Assembly: GCA_951406725.2 (NCBI GenBank)
Contig: OX597840.1
Location: 14,508,001-14,572,000 of the forward strand
Length of the DNA stretch: 64,000 nt
Origin: Octopus vulgaris
Taxonomy: Eukaryota
Reading direction: 5' to 3'
The notes under the pieces are model-generated. The model was not told the DNA's origin. It saw only the letters and a program-made list of their open reading frames with translations, and did no database searches. Positions 1 through 13,475 of this stretch are shown here, in pieces. The number at the start of each line of letters is the position of its first letter. Within the stretch, counting starts at the first letter, position 1. The translations under genes and the position numbers were made by a program.

Positions 1-164
1 ATGTATAGTTGTAGCCAGTTTTTTTCTAGCATAGAGGATGTAAAACTCTTGTTTCTCATCCATTTCTCTCCTCTGAAATTTTCCCTGAAGACTCTCTGAA
101 ACTGATTCTCCACTCCTAGCAGCAAGTTCATTGCACTCATTTTATGTACTTTACTACTACTACT

Positions 165-466
165 GTCACCGTGATCACCCAGGCTATCAGATGTTGCTAC
201 ACATCGCTGGTCACAATGCGCTTCGCATTGTTTTAGTCTCCAAATCACGCCACCCCACTGGCTAATCTAGCAGGTCAACAGAAGAAAGAGAGAGAGAAAG
301 TTGTGGCGAAAGAGTACAGCAGGGATCGCCACCACCCCCTGCCAGAGCCTCATGGAGCTTTAGGTGTTTTCGTTCTATAAACACTCACAACGCCCGGTCT
401 GGGAATCGAAACCGCGATCCTACAACTATGAGTCCGCTGCCCTAACCACTGGGCCATTGCACCTCC
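165..466 (-). mobile_element. tRNA-derived SINE, family A (tail type 1)
   Basis: Minus strand starts GGAGGTGCAATGGCCCAGTGGTTAGG (A box) then GGTTTCGATTCC (B box). Homologous copies at 23746-24030 and 50660-50957. Confidence 0.85.
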
Positions 467-506
467 ACACACATACATATATACATATATATATATACAC
501 ACATAC

Positions 507-537
<31 letters not shown>

Positions 538-1094
538 CATATGTGCATGGGTGTGTATCTGTGTATATGCATGCGCAAATACAACACACACACGCATACA
601 CAGACACATGCTCAAATATATGTATGTGTCTATATACGTATTCTTTTATTGTTTTCAACCCTAAGTTGTAGCCATGCTGGAGCACTGCTGCTCCAACTTG
701 AAGTATGAGTTTCAAATCCTTGGCCGGCAGGATGCTGGCTGGCTGGCTGACTGGCTGGTTGGCTGAACTAAAATGTCATCTTAGAAGTCACCAAGGACCA
801 TAAATATATGCTAAGAGATAATGTCAATGTGCCGGAGGTGGCTTTACTTGGACACATGTTCACTTACACCATACATGTGTATATATGTACATATATGTGT
901 ATGTAGGTATGTATGTATAAATGTGTGTGTATGTATTTCATACATTATAAGGAACAACCCAAGTACTGATGATGGAACTTGAACGACAAATATGTCCACA
1001 TACCAAAAAGGTTTCTTGTCTCCCCTCTTGGGCCAAGGTTGAATAAGCCATCAGGGTTAAATTTAAAGCCTCACTTAGTATAAATTTCGTATTG

Positions 1095-1282
1095 CATCAT
1101 CATCATCATCATAATTACTATGACCACCACCACCACTACCATCACCACCATCACCAACAACACCAGCACCATCACCACCACCTTTTTCTTCTTCTTCTTC
1201 TTCTCCATTGTCATCATCATAACCACCAACACAACCACCACATTCTTCTCCTCTTCCTCCTCCTTTTCTTTCTCCTTCTCCA
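1095..1282. repeat. compound trinucleotide microsatellite (CAT/CAC/CTT)
   Basis: Direct inspection; explains the poly-His/Thr ORFs. Confidence 0.9.
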
Positions 1283-1479
1283 TTATGAATTTGTGTGCAA
1301 TTTTTATCCGTATTTTGTATTTAAATCTGTAAACAAAAAAGTTATTTATTCCAGAAAAATGAAAACTAATCAATTAGTTTGCTTGTGTGTGAAGGTGTGT
1401 GGATCTGGAGGGAGTTAGGATGGGGTGGAAATGTCTAACAACTTCTTGGAATTTTACTTAATAATTTTATGATTCATCA

Positions 1480-1930
1480 TTTTTCATTCATTTAACATCT
1501 GCTTTCCAAGCTGGCATGGGTTGGACAGTTTGACAGAAGCTGGCTAGGCAGAAGACTGTGCCAGGATCCAGTGTCTGTATGGTTTTTATAACTGGATGCC
1601 ATTCCTAACACCAACCACCCTGTAGAGTGGACTCAGTGCTTTTTACATGGCACCAGTACAGCTGGATGCCCTTCCAAATGCCAACCATTTCACAGTGTGG
1701 ACTGGATTTTTTGTGGCACCAGTACTGGCAGGGTCACTAAGTAACTTGCAAGACAAAACTCCTTTGAGAGGGGAGTAGGGCACTGGAGGAGGTGAACTTG
1801 TGCCAGATGATGAAAGGTTAGAGTGTGACAGAGGGACAGAAACAGGTGTCTTGCTGGGAGGTATATTGTTACCTGGTCAGAGAGAGGGAGAGTGATGAAG
1901 AATGAAGACAGAAACAGGTATGTTGCTGTA
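1480..1930 (-). mobile_element. RTE LINE 3' UTR fragment
   Basis: Contains ccatgctggcatgggttggac and ggatgcc(c)ttcctaa(c/t)gccaacc motifs that sit downstream of the RTE RT at 58735-60618. Confidence 0.7.
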
Positions 1931-2247
1931 GAGAGGTTCTTGTTAGGAATTACGGAGCCAGAGGTTGCTGATCTGAGGTCAAACAATAACAACAATACTA
2001 AAATCATACAAAGTTCCTTTGTGGGTTTGTATTGTCTCTGGTTTGAATGACTGAAGAAATATGCCCTTGCTCAGAGCAGTGGGTTAATGGGAGGCACAGG
2101 CACGTCCACCATTTCTCGATGTGTGTGTGTGTGTGTCTGTGTGTGTGTGTGTCTGTGTGTGTGCATGTCACCTTGTCTTGACATCATGCAACAGTCGTAA
2201 GTTAGTAGCATCATAAAGGGGGGTCTTTTCCTTTCCAGCCATTCATG

Positions 2248-2550
2248 TAAACCTGTCCAGCTCTACACCATGTACAACCTTTGGCCATGTACAAGTTCTA
2301 ACCATGTTTAAGCTCTGGCCATGAGCAAACTCTAACCACGTACAATCTCTGACCTGTTCAAGCTCTGACCTGTACAAGCTCTGGCCATGTACAATCTTTG
2401 ACCTGTACAAGCTCTGGCCATGTACAAGCTCTGGCTGCATGCAAGCTCTGACCATCTACAAGCTCTGGCCATGTAAAGCTCTGGACCATATAAAGCTCTG
2501 GCCATCTACAAGCTCTGGACCATGTACAAGCTCTGGCTATGTACAAGCTC
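2248..2550. repeat. 17-bp minisatellite (CCATGTACAAGCTCTGG), roughly 17-18 copies
   Basis: Tandem units directly visible, degrading toward the left end. Confidence 0.9.
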
Positions 2551-2579
2551 TTTTATTTTATCTCTTGACATTTGTGGTG

Positions 2580-3065
2580 TTGGTGGAGATTAAGGGTTAT
2601 GGGTGATGGTGATTGCAGCAGTAGTGAAAATAGTGCTAATGATCAAAGAAGTAACAGAGATAACAGTGGTGATGACGATGATGGCGATGACAATGATGAT
2701 GATGATGATTGATGATAGGTGGTGATGGTGGTGGTAATAATAGCTGCAGTGATGCTGCTGCTGATGTTTGTGATGCTGGCAGTGAAGGTTATAATTGTGA
2801 TGGTGTTGGGAGTAGCATTGTTGTTATTAGATATTTCAATTGTTATTGTTGTGATGTTGGTGCAGGCGTTGGGGGTGGTTGTTGAGGATTATAATTATGG
2901 CAGTAATTATTGTAGTAGTAGTAGTGCACTAGTAGTGGTGATGGTGGTGGTGAAATCAGTGTTAATTTTAGTAGCAATAGTTATTGTGGTAGTTGTGTGA
3001 AGATGGCGGCAGTATTGGAAGTAGTTCTAATAATTATAGTGGTGATGGTGGTAGTGAGATGTGGT
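2580..3065. repeat. low-complexity GTG/GAT/GTA trinucleotide region
   Basis: Direct inspection; explains the poly-Val ORF. Confidence 0.85.
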
Positions 3066-3383
3066 GGGGGGGATTATGTGTCACTGAGTGCATTTCAGGA
3101 GAGGTTCAACAGATCAATATGAGACTTGCTTTAACAATCAGTTTTCTTTACATTGTTGACTTCATAAGGAAAAATAAAATTGATTTCTCATAATAATAAT
3201 AATAATAATTAGAAGAAGAAGAAGAAGAAGAAGAATCATATTACACAATAAGAAGAGTGCAATACAATATGTAATAACTACAGATTGATTCTTTTTATTG
3301 AATAAAAAGCTATAATATCTTGTATTCATTGTATATTATATAATGTAATAATATATCATTTTGTGCAATATAATGGCTCCCAT

Positions 3384-3600
3384 AAGGCAGGGAGCTGGCA
3401 GAATTGTTAGCACCCTAGGTAAAACAGTTAATGGCATTTTGCCTGTCACTATGTTTTGAGTTCAAATTATGCTGAGGTTGAGTTTGCCTTTCATCTTTTC
3501 AGGGTCGATGTAATAGAATACCAGTCGAGCACAGTGGTTGATATAATTGACTTTCACCCTCCCCCAACCTTGCTGGCCTTGTGCTAAAATTTGAAATCAA
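3384..3600 (+). mobile_element. Nin-like SINE (family C)
   Basis: aaggcagggagctggcagaa head, gagttcaaatt B box, gcctttcatc...gggtcgat...taccag central domain. Confidence 0.8.
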
Positions 3601-4070
3601 TATAGTGGTTCTCGTAGAACAGGAATCAATTGATCCTCCTTGCAAATATAATGGGATTTTAATGGATTAAATAAAGGGCTGGGTGCAGAAAAATACCCAT
3701 GTTTAATAAATTTTAGGTGTTTCCCAACTTTTTTCAACTTGTCCTTCCTCATGGTGAATCATGAAGAATTATATAGAGGTAGATTCTGTATTCCATCTTC
3801 CCATTAATCCAAAGGGGGGCGGGATGAGGGTGAAAATTCCATAATGTTATGGTGGAAGGGGAGGTAGTGGTGGTGGTGGTGGCGTTTGGTGGTTTGGTTT
3901 GAGGAAATATAACATCAAACCATATCATATTGTATACCTTACATTATGTCATGTACCATAATACATAACCATGTATTATATGATATCATCCATCCATATC
4001 ATATTACAGATATATCATATTACATCATAACATTTAAATATATTTCATGTATGATATCATGTAATATATT

Positions 4071-4485
4071 TATTTTTTTATTGCCCGCAGGGGGCTAAAC
4101 ATAGAAGGGACAAACAAGGATAGACAAAGGGATTAAGTCGATTTCATTGACCCAGTGTGTAACTGGTACTTATTTAATCGACCCTGAAAGGATGAAAGAC
4201 AAAGTCGACCTTGGCGGAATTTGAACTCAGAATGTAATGGCTGACAAAATACCTATTTCTTTACTACCCACAAGGGGCTAAACACAGAGAGGACAAACAA
4301 GGACAGACAAACGGATTAAGTTGATTATATCAACCCCAGTGCATAACTGGTACTTACTTAATCGACGCCGAAAGGATGAAAAGTAAAGTCAACCACGATG
4401 GAATTTGAACTCAGAATGTTGCGGCAGATGAAATATTGTTTAGCATTTCACCAGGCGTGCTAACGATTCTGCCAGCTCACTACCC
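4071..4485 (-). mobile_element. Nin-like SINE with duplicated 3' body; ~15-bp target-site duplication
   Basis: Two tandem aactggtactt...gaaaggatgaaa...gtcgacc units; tatcatgtaatatat flanks both ends (4056-4070, 4486-4500). Confidence 0.85.
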
Positions 4486-5499
4486 TATCATGTAATATAT
4501 TGTATCATATATATCATATAACATATTTATCATATATTATGTGTGTGTGTGTGTGTTTATATTTCTATTTATTAAATGTGGCATGCATGAGAAATTTACA
4601 TCGAGGGTTCTGAGTTTCTGTGCAATATGTTGGCAACGAAACTCAGAATATCACAAGTGATTGTATCCAATGCTCGACTGATTCTGTTAGACCGCTGACC
4701 TTATTCATTATGACAACGTTAATTATTATTCTAAGCATTGAGTTCAAAGTCACAAATTTTAGGACAGAAATCAATTAATTATTTAAACAACCTCTAATAC
4801 TTGCCTAATAATTATTTCATTATTGAGGGATTTGAGAAATACCACAAGGCCTTTGGTCTGATGCTTTAACGATTCTACCAAACTCATACAACTTTTAATA
4901 ACTATTTCTAATTTAGGTACAAGGTGAACAATTTTGAGGGGAGGGCTTAGTCAATACTATTGATTACAGTACTTGATTTGTACTTTAATTTTATTAACTC
5001 CAGAGAAAGATGAAAGACAATTTTGTCATTGGTGGAATTTCAACTTGAGTTCAAACAGATACCACATTCTTCCCAATAATTTGAGAATTCTGCTTATCCC
5101 ATTGCCCTTAATTCTGTCCGGATTAGGCACCATGACAGCAATTTGGAGAATGGCCTGGTCGATTAAGTACTTCACTGGTACTTTATTTTATTGACCCAGT
5201 GGGGGATGAAAGCAAAGTTGACCGTGGTAAGATTTGAACTCAACATACAAAGGACTGTGAATAAATACAGGAAGGCTTTAGTGGTCTTGCCAATCCACTA
5301 CTTGTGGTGGTGGTGGTGATGTTGCTGCTGCTGCTGATGATGATGATGATGAGGAGGAGGAGTGATAGTTTTGAATTTGGTGATGGTGTTGGTGCTATTC
5401 AGCCCAAGGTCATTTCTGGTCTTGTAGATTACTTCTTGTCAAAGACATTCCGAACCATGACCCTCCCCTCTTTATAGCCAGTTATATTGCAGGCTGTAT

Positions 5500-5990
5500 T
5501 ATTGCAGACGCAAAACAACCACAATAGCAAAGACAACACAACCAACAACAGAGATATCAACAACGACAACAACATCAACAATATCGATGACATCGTAAAT
5601 AACAACAGAAACAATAACGAGAACATAAATACTCATAAAACCAACAACAACAACGAAAACAACCCAGAAAAACAATTACAAAAATTACAATAATACAAAA
5701 TATATAAACAACACAAATTGAGATAAAATCCACAACTAACATCAGTATCAATAACATTAACGACAACAACAACCACATGAATATAAATATACTCAACAAC
5801 AACAACAACAGTAACTATGATAACAGCATAATCAACATGAAACAATAAATTTCTCCACAATTTTAATGTTTATTGAGAGCTGGTGACTTTAAGATCTATT
5901 GATGTGGTGGTGATGGTGGTGATGGTGGCTGGTGGTGGTGATGGTGATGGTGGTGGCAGCAGCTATTGTTGTTGTTGTTGTTGTTGTTGA
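5500..5990. repeat. AAC/GGT/GTT low-complexity tract
   Basis: Direct inspection. Confidence 0.8.
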
Positions 5991-6270
5991 AGATAGTATC
6001 AGGATGTCTAGTAAAAGAAGTGACTGGTTATTTGAAGAGTGTTAAATTCATCTATTTTTAATGATGGAAAGGTTGACAGTGACTTTGAAGTCTCAGCTTT
6101 CTTGCCATCATCTGATCGTTTTATAATGGTAAAATGAAACTTCAAAGTTACTATCAACCATTTCCTTGCAAAAATACTCGAGAATATTGAGTGGTTCTTC
6201 AATTTAATTATTGACTATTTTTATATATCTAACTTTATATAAAAAACAAATATTTATATATATATGTGTG

Positions 6271-6314
<44 letters not shown>

Positions 6315-6316
<2 letters not shown>

Positions 6317-6695
6317 TGCAGGTATGGTTGTGTGGTAAGAAGCTTACTTCCTAACAACATGGTTCCTGGTTCAGTCCCACTGCGTGGCACCTTGGGCAAG
6401 TGTCTTCTACTATCGCCTCAGTCTGATGAAAGCCTTGTGAAGGGATTTGATAGATGGAAACAAAAAGAAGCCCATCGTATATATGTGTGTGTGTGTGTCT
6501 GTGTGTGTGTGTGATTGTGTCTGTGCTTGTTCCCCACCACTGCTTGACAACTTACCAGTTCAGCAAAAGAAAGATAGAATTAGTACCAGGCTTCAAAACA
6601 AAGTACGGGGCTGGGGGTCGATTCCTTTAACTAAAAATTCTTGAAAGCAGTGCCCCAGCATGGCCGCACTCTAATAACTAAAACAAGTAAAAGAT
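6315..6695 (+). mobile_element. CORE-like tRNA SINE (family B)
   Basis: tggttgtgtggtaag...ggttcagtccc head, ggcaccttgggcaagtg CORE-like motif, internal TG microsatellite, ccagcatggccgca...aaacaagtaaaaga tail. Confidence 0.85.
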
Positions 6696-7466
6696 ATAAA
6701 AAATGCTAAGATATATATATACACACACACACATACAAGTAAGCACATAGATGCTTAACAAGGTGGAAAAAATTGTACTTGAATACCAAAGGTAGAGCAC
6801 GGTTTTCCCTCGCCATATCGTGGTTCACCTACTGCAGTTCACCTATTGTGGTTTATTATTTAAGTTTACATCGATTCCTCCATGGTGCTGTTTTGCATTT
6901 ATAATAAAATAAATATATACAAATTGGAGGCGCAACGGCCCAGTAAAAGAGATACGCACACATATATATACATGCGTGCATGCACACACACACACACCTG
7001 CATACATACATATATACATACATACACAGACATACATCATTTTTGTTTGTCTGCTGGAACAACAAGGACCATCTAATCATCCGAGGATAACCAAGACGTA
7101 CTGCTTGCCTCATCTTGCTCTCTGCACACCACAAAATGTTACCGTAATGGCCTTCCCCTCTGTGGGGCCATGGAGATTTCTTCTACAGAGTTCACTGAAT
7201 TGAGTCTTCTCATGCACAGGTACGCAAGCCTTAATATGTTAATTAAACCATAACTGGGACCTTGATAAGGGTTACTTCTCTGGGTTTGAGTAGCAGACAT
7301 GAGAACAATATTGGCAACTTGGGAATGTACCTTCTACTGCCTTAGCTGATGCATTGGTTGTGAGTGACTTCGGTAGACAGAAGCTGGAAGAACCTGTTTT
7401 GAGTGTGTGTGTGAGGTTTGGCAAAAGGGTGCGATAGAATAAGCTCCAGACTTTAAAAAAAACCTA

Positions 7467-7619
7467 GTGGCTGTGTGGTAAGAAACTTGCTTTACAACCG
7501 CATGTGTCCGAGTATAGTCCCACTGTGTGGCACCTTGGGCATGTATCTTCTACTATAGCCTCGGGCCAACCAAAGCCTTGTGAGTGGATTTGGTAGACGG
7601 AAACTGAAAGAAGCCTGTC

Positions 7620-7669
<50 letters not shown>

Positions 7670-7905
7670 GTGCATGTGTGTGTATATGTATGTATGTATG
7701 TATTTGTGTGTCTGTATTTGTCCTCCCACCATCACTTGACAACTGTTGTTGGTGTGTTTATACCCCTGTAACTAAGCAGTTCAGCAAAAGACCAATAGAA
7801 TAAGTACTAGACTTACAAAGAGCAAGTCCTGGAGTCGATCTGTTCAACTAAAGGCAGTACTCCAGCATGACCACAGTCAAATGACTGAAACAAGTACAAG
7901 AATAA
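7467..7905 (+). mobile_element. CORE-like tRNA SINE (family B)
   Basis: Same head, CORE-like motif and tail as 6315 and 16977. Confidence 0.85.
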
Positions 7906-8664
7906 AACAATATATACTGGAATTGATTCGTTTGGCTAAAGTTCTTCTAGGCAGTGCCCCAGCATGGCCACAGTCTAATGACTGAAACCAGTCATTAGAA
8001 ATAAATGCTAAAAATAGATATAAACCCTAAACTGGGGGTTTCCAACCACGAGTAAAAAATTATAAATTTTGTTTGCTGGGAGGGGTAACTGTATTCATTG
8101 AAAGCTTCAAGATTTGTATTTGGAATTTATGTTATGAATATAACGAAATTGTTTCATTGTTAGTTTTTACTAACCTACAAGCAAATATTTTATTTCAAAA
8201 TCTTATATGTGCATCTATGGTGGTCACATATAAGATAGCTCTCAGGGAATAAGATAGCTCTACAAGTAAAATAAGGTTGGGAACCCTTGCTCTAGACATA
8301 TAACATTATTATCAGTCATTATATTGTGGAACAGCTGTGTTAACCAAGTAAACCACTCCAAAATGTGAAATTCATTTTTCCATTTTCTGTCAGACTGGTA
8401 CATCTCTAAAATTCATATCAAGTCTAAGAAATATGGTAAATTTCCTACTACAATCTGTTATACATTAACATTTAGTAATTAATCGCTAATATTATTTGTA
8501 ATTAGTAATTCACTCAAGCAATTACTAATTAAAAGTCAATTTATATCATGTCTACTAGCATTTTGTATCTTGATCAAGCATTGCATTATCAGGACGTTGC
8601 CTGTTGCTCCAACATACATTAAACTCACCTACACACGTTAGTATGTGTGTACGGGTGTGTATAG

Positions 8665-8686
8665 ATATAGATAGACAGATAGATAT

Positions 8687-8763
<77 letters not shown>

Positions 8764-8811
8764 CATATACACACGTACAGATATACACATGTATATACTT
8801 GTATATATATG

Positions 8812-8852
<41 letters not shown>

Positions 8853-8918
8853 ATATACACACGTACAGATATACACATGTATATACTTGTATATATATAT
8901 ATAGATATATATATATAT

Positions 8919-8951
<33 letters not shown>

Positions 8952-9155
8952 TATATATACATACAGATATACATATGTATATAATTCTATTTTATGTGTA
9001 TATATATATATATATATCTATATATATATGTACAGATATACATATGTATATACTTGTATATATATATATGTGTGTGTGTATATATATATATCTACACATA
9101 CACATATATGTTCATGTATACATGTGTGTGTGGATATACATGTAAACTTATATAT
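8665..9155. repeat. (TA)n/(TACA)n compound microsatellite
   Basis: Direct inspection. Similar large tracts at 11830-12290, 25015-25420, 41140-41430, 42845-43325, 43860-44390 and 56280-56880. Confidence 0.95.
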
Positions 9156-9249
9156 ATCCAAAGAGATGGAAAAGGAGGGAGAGAAATAAAACAGTGTAAA
9201 TGAGCAACATAACCACCACCGGCAGTACAACATCCTATCACCCAACCTT

Positions 9250-9492
9250 ACAATACTCCACCCACCAAATTAACAACACACAATCCACCCACCTCATAAC
9301 ACACCACCTATCAGCCTCACAACACATCATCTATGAATCTCACAACACACCATCTATGAACCTCACAACATACCGTCTAACAGCCTCACAACACACACAT
9401 CAACCTCACAATGCATCATTTATTCATTTATCAGCCTCGTAACACATCATCTATGAACTTCACAACACATCATCTACCAGCCTCACAACACC
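9250..9492. repeat. degenerate ~23-bp minisatellite (cctcacaacacaccatctatgaa)
   Basis: Repeated ctcacaacac/catcta motifs. Confidence 0.7.
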
Positions 9493-11324
9493 CATGACCA
9501 ACCCCTGTCAGCATGGAAAACGGACGTTAAATGATGATAGTGATGATAAGGATGTTCTGCAAAACTAGTGGCAGGAAGGTCGGGGTGTTACCTTCAATAT
9601 TTACCCCAGGGTGGATTCTGTTAAAGATCCACCCTTAGGAAAAAAGACCAGAAGAGGTTGTTAATCTGGGTGACTGAACACGATGGGGGGGGGGGGGACC
9701 AAATACCACAAGGCATGTTGTGTTATATGGTGGTGAGTGGGAGGAGGGGAGCAGTTTTTAGCAGAAGTAGATGCAATGATGGTAGGGATTATAGCAACAC
9801 TGGCCTTCCTAGCTGTAATGGTTTTGGTGGTGGTGGTAGTGGTAGTGGTGATTGTTGTTTTGGGGTGGCAACAGTTGTAGTAGAAGTGAAAAGAAGAGGA
9901 GCAGCACTGATTGTAGTATAGATGCAAGAACCAGTGGTGGTGGTTGTGGTTGTAGTGGTTTTAAGTCAGATGCTGCAGTGTTGTTAATTGTGTTGGATTG
10001 TTGGGATGCCATGTTTTGACAGACACACAGACATTTGAGCTGAGACGTGCCATTTTGTAATTAAAAGAAGCAATTGTCCAGGTGGGGGGATGGCAGAAAG
10101 GGGAAAGAAGTTGGTCATAAAATTAATATTATCATCATTATTATTATTTTCATCATCATTATTATTATCATTATCATCATTATTATTATTATCATTTTTA
10201 TTATACATTCTTAAACAATGCAATGGTGAGGCTGATGGTGGAAGTAGTGGTGTTAATGGTTCCGAAGGAGAAGAAGAATACAATGGCTGAGTGAAGAATG
10301 ACGAATTTTCTGTCAGTCTTGGCCATGAGTATTCCTGCTATTTGATCAACTAAATTACCAACATGTTAAACTAACATGTAAGTGGCTGAATATTCCACAG
10401 CCACATGTATCTTTAACATAATTCGTCAGCAGCCAAATCGGTTTGACACAGGTGTATGACAATGCTGGTCTTTAGGATTCCAGTTACAATCCATTCAACA
10501 GGCTTCCACACAGTTTCCACCTGCCCAATTTCAGTCACAGATCTTTGGTCAATCCAAGACTATGGCAAATAACAGCAACCAGTGGGATTGAGCGCAAGAT
10601 TTTGGGATTATGAAAGAACTTCTGACCATGTGACCATGACCACATGTACAGTGCAAAGAATAATATATGATGTGTGTGTGTGTGTGAGGGGTTTATGTAC
10701 ATATATACATATGTATGTATGTGTGTACATACTTATATACATGCATGTATATATATATATATATATACATGCATATATATATATATATATATAGGCAAAA
10801 GAGACCAATAGAATAAGTGCTGGGTTCAATTTGTTTGACTAAATGTATGTGGTGCTCCAGCATGGCTGCAATCAAGCGACTGAAACAAGTAAAAGAATAA
10901 AAGTATATATATATACACTTTTATATATATAAATATATATCCATATACAAATACATAAATATATATATATGTAAATATATACTAAATCCAAAAAAGAAAA
11001 AAAGCAAACACAAAAAGACAATGCAAGGACGTGGTACATGTAAAGTATTAGCAGACACTCAGGGAAGGAGAGGAAGATGGCTTAATGTTTTGAGCAGCAC
11101 TGTTCTTCAGAAACAGAGGAAAGTCCAACAGACAGGAAGACGGAGGAAGAAAATCACCAACGATTCACATGTGGTTACATTTTGAATATATATATATATA
11201 CATATATATATATCCTTTGACTGGGCCTGATGAAGCCTTCTGGCTTCACAGACCCCAGTAGAACCGTCCAACCCATGCTAGCATGGAAAACGGATGCTAA
11301 ACAACGATGATGATGATGATGATA

Positions 11325-11825
11325 TCATCATCATCGTTTAACATCTGCTTTCCATGCTAGCACGATTTGGCTGAGGTCTGGCGAACCAGATAGCTGCACC
11401 AGACTCCAATCTGATCTGGCAGAGTTTCTACAGCTGGATGCCCTTCCTAATGCCAACCACTCAGAGAGTGTAGTGGGTGCTTTTATGTGCCACTGACACG
11501 AGGGCCAGTCAGGTGGTGCAGGCAATGGCCACACTCAAATGGTGCTTTTTATGTGCCACCTGCACAGGAGGCAGTCCAGCGGCACTGGCAACGACCTTGC
11601 TCGAATGTTTTTTCACATGCCACCAGCACAAGTGCTAGTAAGGCGATGCAGGTAATGATCATGCTCGAATGGTGTTCTTAATGTGCCATCGGCTTGGAGG
11701 CCAGCTTGTTGCTCTGACCTCGATCTCACTCATACAGTTCTCTTAGCTCTCCACTAACACAGATACCAGTCATCGAATTTTATTTTGATTTTGATTTCAT
11801 TTGCCTCAACAAGTCTTTGCAAGCA
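11325..11825 (-). mobile_element. RTE LINE 3' UTR with (GAT)n tail and internal ~55-bp repeats
   Basis: Matches 58735-59270 along its length. Confidence 0.85.
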
Positions 11826-11893
11826 ATACATATATAAAGATATATTAATATATATAAATTTATATATATAATATATAAATAAATAATATATAA

Positions 11894-11924
<31 letters not shown>

Positions 11925-12101
11925 TAATATATAAACATATATATAATATACAAATACATACAATATAAATTTATATATATAAATATATATATATGCATAT
12001 AAATATATATATATCTATCAATATATATATGTAATGATATACATAAATTTTTATATATGTAACTATATATATATGTGTGTGTGTATATATATATATATAT
12101 A

Positions 12102-12164
<63 letters not shown>

Positions 12165-12203
12165 GGTTATATATGGATACATATATATATATATGTGTGT
12201 GTG

Positions 12204-12279
<76 letters not shown>

Positions 12280-13475
12280 TATATATTTATATTAAGAACA
12301 AGAAACTAATTATACATATGTTTGGTTAAGCAAATCCCCTGCTATTTTAGGAATCAAGCAATTTACCTGAAATCATGAATATTCTGCCACAGATGTCCCT
12401 CTTTGAATTAGAATTCACACTAACACTGATGATATTCTTATTTATGCAACGCTTCCTGATCTGAAACCTAATCTAAAAGGTTTTGTGCTCCTTGTATAGT
12501 TTGCTGAATTTCCTGACTCCATTCTCCCAAACTGCACTGAAACAACCAAGTGGACACCATCACATTTTACAGGCCACCAACCTCTGCACCACCCTGAATG
12601 TTTAATACAATATTGTTTCATTGTTCACCAAATCAATGTCTCTTAGAAAATTTACTGCTGAAGCATCTTGGCCATTCCTAACCTGAAAATTAATCTGAAA
12701 AATTAATTCCTGATGCAATTTGTTTAATTTCTAATTAAACATGTTGTGAAACTTTTGTATCTCATTTGCAAGATTCGTTATGTGAAATTGTGTGTTGAAA
12801 CAAGTTTTGTTGTGTTTGGGGAGAGTCATAATGCCTTGATATCGAACACACTCACTTGTTCAATTTCCACTCATCATTTATTTTTTTGTGTATTTCAAAC
12901 ATGCTTTTGCAACCTTGTCAATGGATATTTATTCCAAAAATAAATAGTGAATGAGTAGAAATTGAACTGGTGAATGTGTTTGATATTAAGGCTGTATAAC
13001 TCTCTTCAGACACAACAATATTCTGAAATATCAAAACCTCATGTACCTTATGACTAATGTAATTTGACAAACTTACACCTGATGTACCTGGATTCCTTTT
13101 TAGCTACATTATCCTAGAATATTCACCCGATGAAACCTGATCACTTCTTGACCAAAGTATTTATTCCTGCTGCACCTTTGCTGATTTCTCATAAAATTCT
13201 CCAAGAAAAGTATTCTTGGTGCACCTCACGAGATCCTAATCAAAGAATCTAAAACAATTCTGCCTTGATTCACCTTGTTCTATTAATAAGCAACTTTTCA
13301 CAGAAAACTTATTCCTGATGCACCACCTGACCAATCTTTGTTCCTGAGTCACCTTGTTGGATTTTTAACCAAAATATCCCAGAAAATCTACACCTCATGC
13401 ACTTTGGCAACTTTCTGATGCATTTCGAAAACATTTTCGGATTTGTCTTTCAACTTATTTCTAATCTTTTTACAG

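Noticed and set aside
960-1020. CTGATGA...ACC AAAA as a decayed HHR
   Set aside because: Stems I and II pair poorly; too many changes needed.
2248-2550. CRISPR-like array
   Set aside because: Contiguous tandem units with no unique spacers; eukaryotic context.
9658-10290. Cluster of short overlapping ORFs
   Set aside because: Trinucleotide low complexity, no consistent frame or splice sites.
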